In this document: positions 61,262-64,000 of the stretch, piece after piece
Numbering within the stretch: the stretch's first letter is position 1
How the letters are laid out: each line of letters opens with the position of its first letter
Assembly (NCBI GenBank): GCA_020057295.1
Contig: JAGVGF010000001.1
Location: forward strand, 32,001-96,000
Direction: 5' to 3'
Length of the DNA: 64,000 nucleotides
Origin: an archaeon
GTDB lineage: Archaea; Nanobdellota; Nanobdellia; Woesearchaeales; UBA9642
Translations under genes and position numbers: made by a program
Notes under the pieces: generated by a model
The model's input: only the letters and a program-made list of their open reading frames with translations
Told to the model about the DNA's origin: nothing
The model's database searches: none

Positions 61262-61990
61262 TTGAAAAATCCGTTATATCTATTAAATTGCTATTTGAAA
61301 GAATTTGATAGCACAGTTACACACGTTAGTGATGATGGTTCAGAAATTACTTTAGAAGATACAGCATTCTATCCAACCAGTGGTGGTCAGCCACACGATA
61401 ATGGTATAATAACCACAACAGATGGTAGATTGTTTAATGTTATAGATATAATAAAAAAGGATGGTGTAATAGTTCATAAAGTTGATAAAATAGGATTACA
61501 AGTCGGCAATATAATTCACGGAGTTATAGATTGGGAATACCGTTACAAACTTATGAGATATCATACAGCATCACATATATTATCAACATTAATTAATCAG
61601 GAAACAGGTGCTGAAATAACAGGTAATCAATTATATCATGACAAGGCACGTGTAGATTTTAGCTTAGAAAATTTTGATAGAAGCCTGATGCAAGGATTTC
61701 AAAATAAAACTAACGACATTATACGTAAAGGCTTACCCGTAAATTTTAGAATACTTGAACGCGAAGAAGCATTTAAAATACCATCACTAGTAAAATTAAG
61801 AAAACAATTATCAGAAACAATCAAAGAAATACGAATAGTAGATATAGCAGATAATAACTTTGACTTTGATCATCAAGCATGCGGAGGAACACATTTAAAA
61901 AATACTACAGAAATTGGTGAGATAGAAATATACGAACTAGAAAATAAGGGCAAAGAACGTAGAAGAATATATTTCAGAATTAAGGAGTGA
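61262..61990 (+). CDS. alaX: Free-standing alanyl-tRNA editing protein AlaX-M
   Basis: TAFYPTSGGQPHDNG, MRYHTASH, ACGGTH. Confidence 0.95.
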   Translation: MKNPLYLLNCYLKEFDSTVTHVSDDGSEITLEDTAFYPTSGGQPHDNGIITTTDGRLFNVIDIIKKDGVIVHKVDKIGLQVGNIIHGVIDWEYRYKLMRYHTASHILSTLINQETGAEITGNQLYHDKARVDFSLENFDRSLMQGFQNKTNDIIRKGLPVNFRILEREEAFKIPSLVKLRKQLSETIKEIRIVDIADNNFDFDHQACGGTHLKNTTEIGEIEIYELENKGKERRRIYFRIKE

Positions 61991-63081
61991 ATATAATGGA
62001 TGAACGTATAGGGATGGCAATATTCTTAACAATATTTTTATCAATTTATGGATTATTAAATTTTTTCATATTATCAATGTATGCACGCTTATTTAAAATC
62101 GATAAGGGATACATATTTTATATCATACTAGTACTATCAGCATTATCTTATCTTATAGCAAACATGATTATAGCAAATCATAGCGATGCAATAAGCAGAG
62201 GAGTATATTATATCGCAGGATTATGGATGGGTTTCATGTTTTATTCGTTCTGTGTATTACTGATATATTTTGTGATTGATTTAGCTACTCCAATCACAAG
62301 TAAATTGTTAGGAATAATAATCTTGTTAGGTGTTTTAAGCATACTCATTTATGGAGTTTTTAATGCTGAAAAGTTGACTGTTAAGGAAATAAATATACAA
62401 ACTAGTAAGAACGCTGATTTGCGTGTAGTGCAGTTTAGTGATATACATCTTGGAGCAGTATATGGCAAGGATAGGCTTAATGATGTTGTTGTTAAAATCA
62501 ATGAGCTCAAGCCAGATGTTGTAGTAATAACAGGAGATTTGATTGATGGAAAATATAATTATGATAAATCTATTTTTCAATTATTAAACAATATCACTGC
62601 AGATATTTATCTTGTTTCTGGTAATCATGAACAATATGCTGGTTTCGCACTTGTTGAAGATTTGCTTAATGGAACAAAGGTTAAATGGTTGCGTGATGAA
62701 GTTATAGAATATCATGGAATACAAATTATTGGATTAAGCGATAGTGGTGATAAATTAAAAGTCAATATGATGCTTGAATCAATGAATGTAAGTACAAAAT
62801 TAGATTCTGATAAATATAAAATATTATTATATCATAGACCAACAGGATGGAAAGATGCGTCAAAATATGTTGATTTAATGTTATCTGGACATACGCATGC
62901 TGGACAAATATGGCCTTTTAAGTATTTATCATGGATTGAGGCACATGCAGCACACGGAGTGTATAGGATTGATGGTGGAGAATTTATGCTGTATGTTAGT
63001 CCAGGCACAGGAGGATGGGGTCCTCCGATGAGAGTAGGCTCACATCCTGAAATAACAGTATTTAATATACAGAAACAATAG
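61987..63081 (+). CDS. Membrane-bound metallophosphoesterase (YkuE-like)
   Basis: Four N-terminal TM; SDIHLG, TGDLID, GNHE, HRP, SGHTHAGQ, WGPPMR. Confidence 0.93.
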   Translation: MNIMDERIGMAIFLTIFLSIYGLLNFFILSMYARLFKIDKGYIFYIILVLSALSYLIANMIIANHSDAISRGVYYIAGLWMGFMFYSFCVLLIYFVIDLATPITSKLLGIIILLGVLSILIYGVFNAEKLTVKEINIQTSKNADLRVVQFSDIHLGAVYGKDRLNDVVVKINELKPDVVVITGDLIDGKYNYDKSIFQLLNNITADIYLVSGNHEQYAGFALVEDLLNGTKVKWLRDEVIEYHGIQIIGLSDSGDKLKVNMMLESMNVSTKLDSDKYKILLYHRPTGWKDASKYVDLMLSGHTHAGQIWPFKYLSWIEAHAAHGVYRIDGGEFMLYVSPGTGGWGPPMRVGSHPEITVFNIQKQ

Positions 63082-63295
63082 TTTATATCGTGAAGAATAT
63101 GATTTGATATTAATAAAATTCTGTTGATTAAAAAGAGTCATATTTTATCATATAAAGACTTATTTTGTGCGTATTTTAATCATTTTTTCTATTCTAATGT
63201 AGTATAAAAACATAACTTTTATAAATAAGCGTGCTCAAGATATGTATGTAATTGTGCTTAGGATAAGTATGTTAGAGGCTGACAGGTGATTTGCA

Positions 63296-63847
63296 ATGGA
63301 TTCTATTGAGCGAATGCGAAGAATAAATGATTTAACCAAAGAGTTAAAACAGAGAGGATTTGCAGAATCATCGTTTGAGGCTATAAAACAAGCTAATCAA
63401 ATATATGGTAGTGATGATTTGGATGATCATGTTAAGCATGGGATAATACAAAATAGTCCGCATGAACGTATGACAAAGGAGGATACAATGGGTGATGATA
63501 GCATACCTTTTAGTGATCGTAAGACAGCGAAACTCAGTGAGAACGTTGATGTACTAACTAATAAGATGAATGAAATTATTAGAGCAATAAATGATTTGGA
63601 TGGCAGACTTGCAGATATAAAATCAAAGCAAGATAAAATGTTAATTACATTAAACGCTAGACCTGAACCAAGATTAGAACCAAAAATGGAATCTAAAGTT
63701 GAACATGTTGAAGCTAAGCAGGAACAACCTCATGAATCATCTCCAGCTGCGGTAAAAGATGAATATAGTATAAATCAAAGAACAGGTAATTTTCAAAGTC
63801 AAGATGTCGCCATAGATAAAATGTTTTATTATGGTAATAAAAAATAG
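63296..63847 (+). CDS. Hypothetical protein with central coiled coil
   Basis: AGGTGA SD; 183-aa ORF. Confidence 0.75.
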   Translation: MDSIERMRRINDLTKELKQRGFAESSFEAIKQANQIYGSDDLDDHVKHGIIQNSPHERMTKEDTMGDDSIPFSDRKTAKLSENVDVLTNKMNEIIRAINDLDGRLADIKSKQDKMLITLNARPEPRLEPKMESKVEHVEAKQEQPHESSPAAVKDEYSINQRTGNFQSQDVAIDKMFYYGNKK

Positions 63848-63859
63848 GAAGGTGAAAAA

Positions 63860-64000
63860 ATGGCAGAAGGATATTGTGTAAAATGTAAGGCAAAGGCTGA
63901 AATGATTGATTCGAAAGAAACAACGATGAAGAATGGTAGAAAAGCATTAAAGGGTAAGTGCAAGAAGTGCGGTACAGGAATGTATAAAATATTAGGAATG
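63860..64000 (+). CDS. DUF5679-like small zinc-ribbon protein (runs off the window)
   Basis: Hand translation MAEGYCVKCKAKAEMIDSKETTMKNGRKALKGKCKKCGTGMYKILGM; AGGTGA SD. Confidence 0.85.
   Translation, partial: MAEGYCVKCKAKAEMIDSKETTMKNGRKALKGKCKKCGTGMYKILGM

Noticed and set aside
495-63947. Numerous 60-140 aa ORFs antisense to or nested in long genes (e.g. 5439-5804, 38524-38946, 45276-45704, 60174-60560)
   Set aside because: Shadow ORFs of real genes, with no motifs or ribosome-binding sites

Overview
AT-rich archaeal chromosome segment, most consistent with a DPANN lineage (Woesearchaeota/Pacearchaeota-like). The basis is archaeal markers (Rpo11/RpoL, L35Ae, S6e, L10e/uL16, NOG1, NucS, AlaX, intron-containing tRNAs), GGTGA-type Shine-Dalgarno sites and class III (KGQ/RGQ) signal-peptide proteins. 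The first 27 kb is dominated by envelope genes. These include a >2000-aa surface protein fused through one TM helix to a HerA/VirB4-like (DUF87) ATPase and a DUF835-like domain, and a 14-kb six-gene locus of paralogous giant Cys-rich secreted proteins and oversized prepilin-like proteins. The centre (33-41 kb) holds an AT-rich tract, PadR, a serine recombinase with a palindromic site over its own promoter, and a four-gene membrane-protein operon. The rest is mostly housekeeping genes, interspersed with a HipA-like kinase, an RSH-type HD hydrolase, a half Hel308 helicase, a degenerate M23-like secreted protein beside tRNA-Gln, and bacterial-type genes (guaC, pirin, YaaA-like S4). Three tRNAs are present: Thr (intron, ambiguous AGT/CGT anticodon), Leu-TAA and Gln-CTG (intron). 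No rRNA, CRISPR array or transposase was seen. All assignments come from reading motifs by eye; no searches were run.
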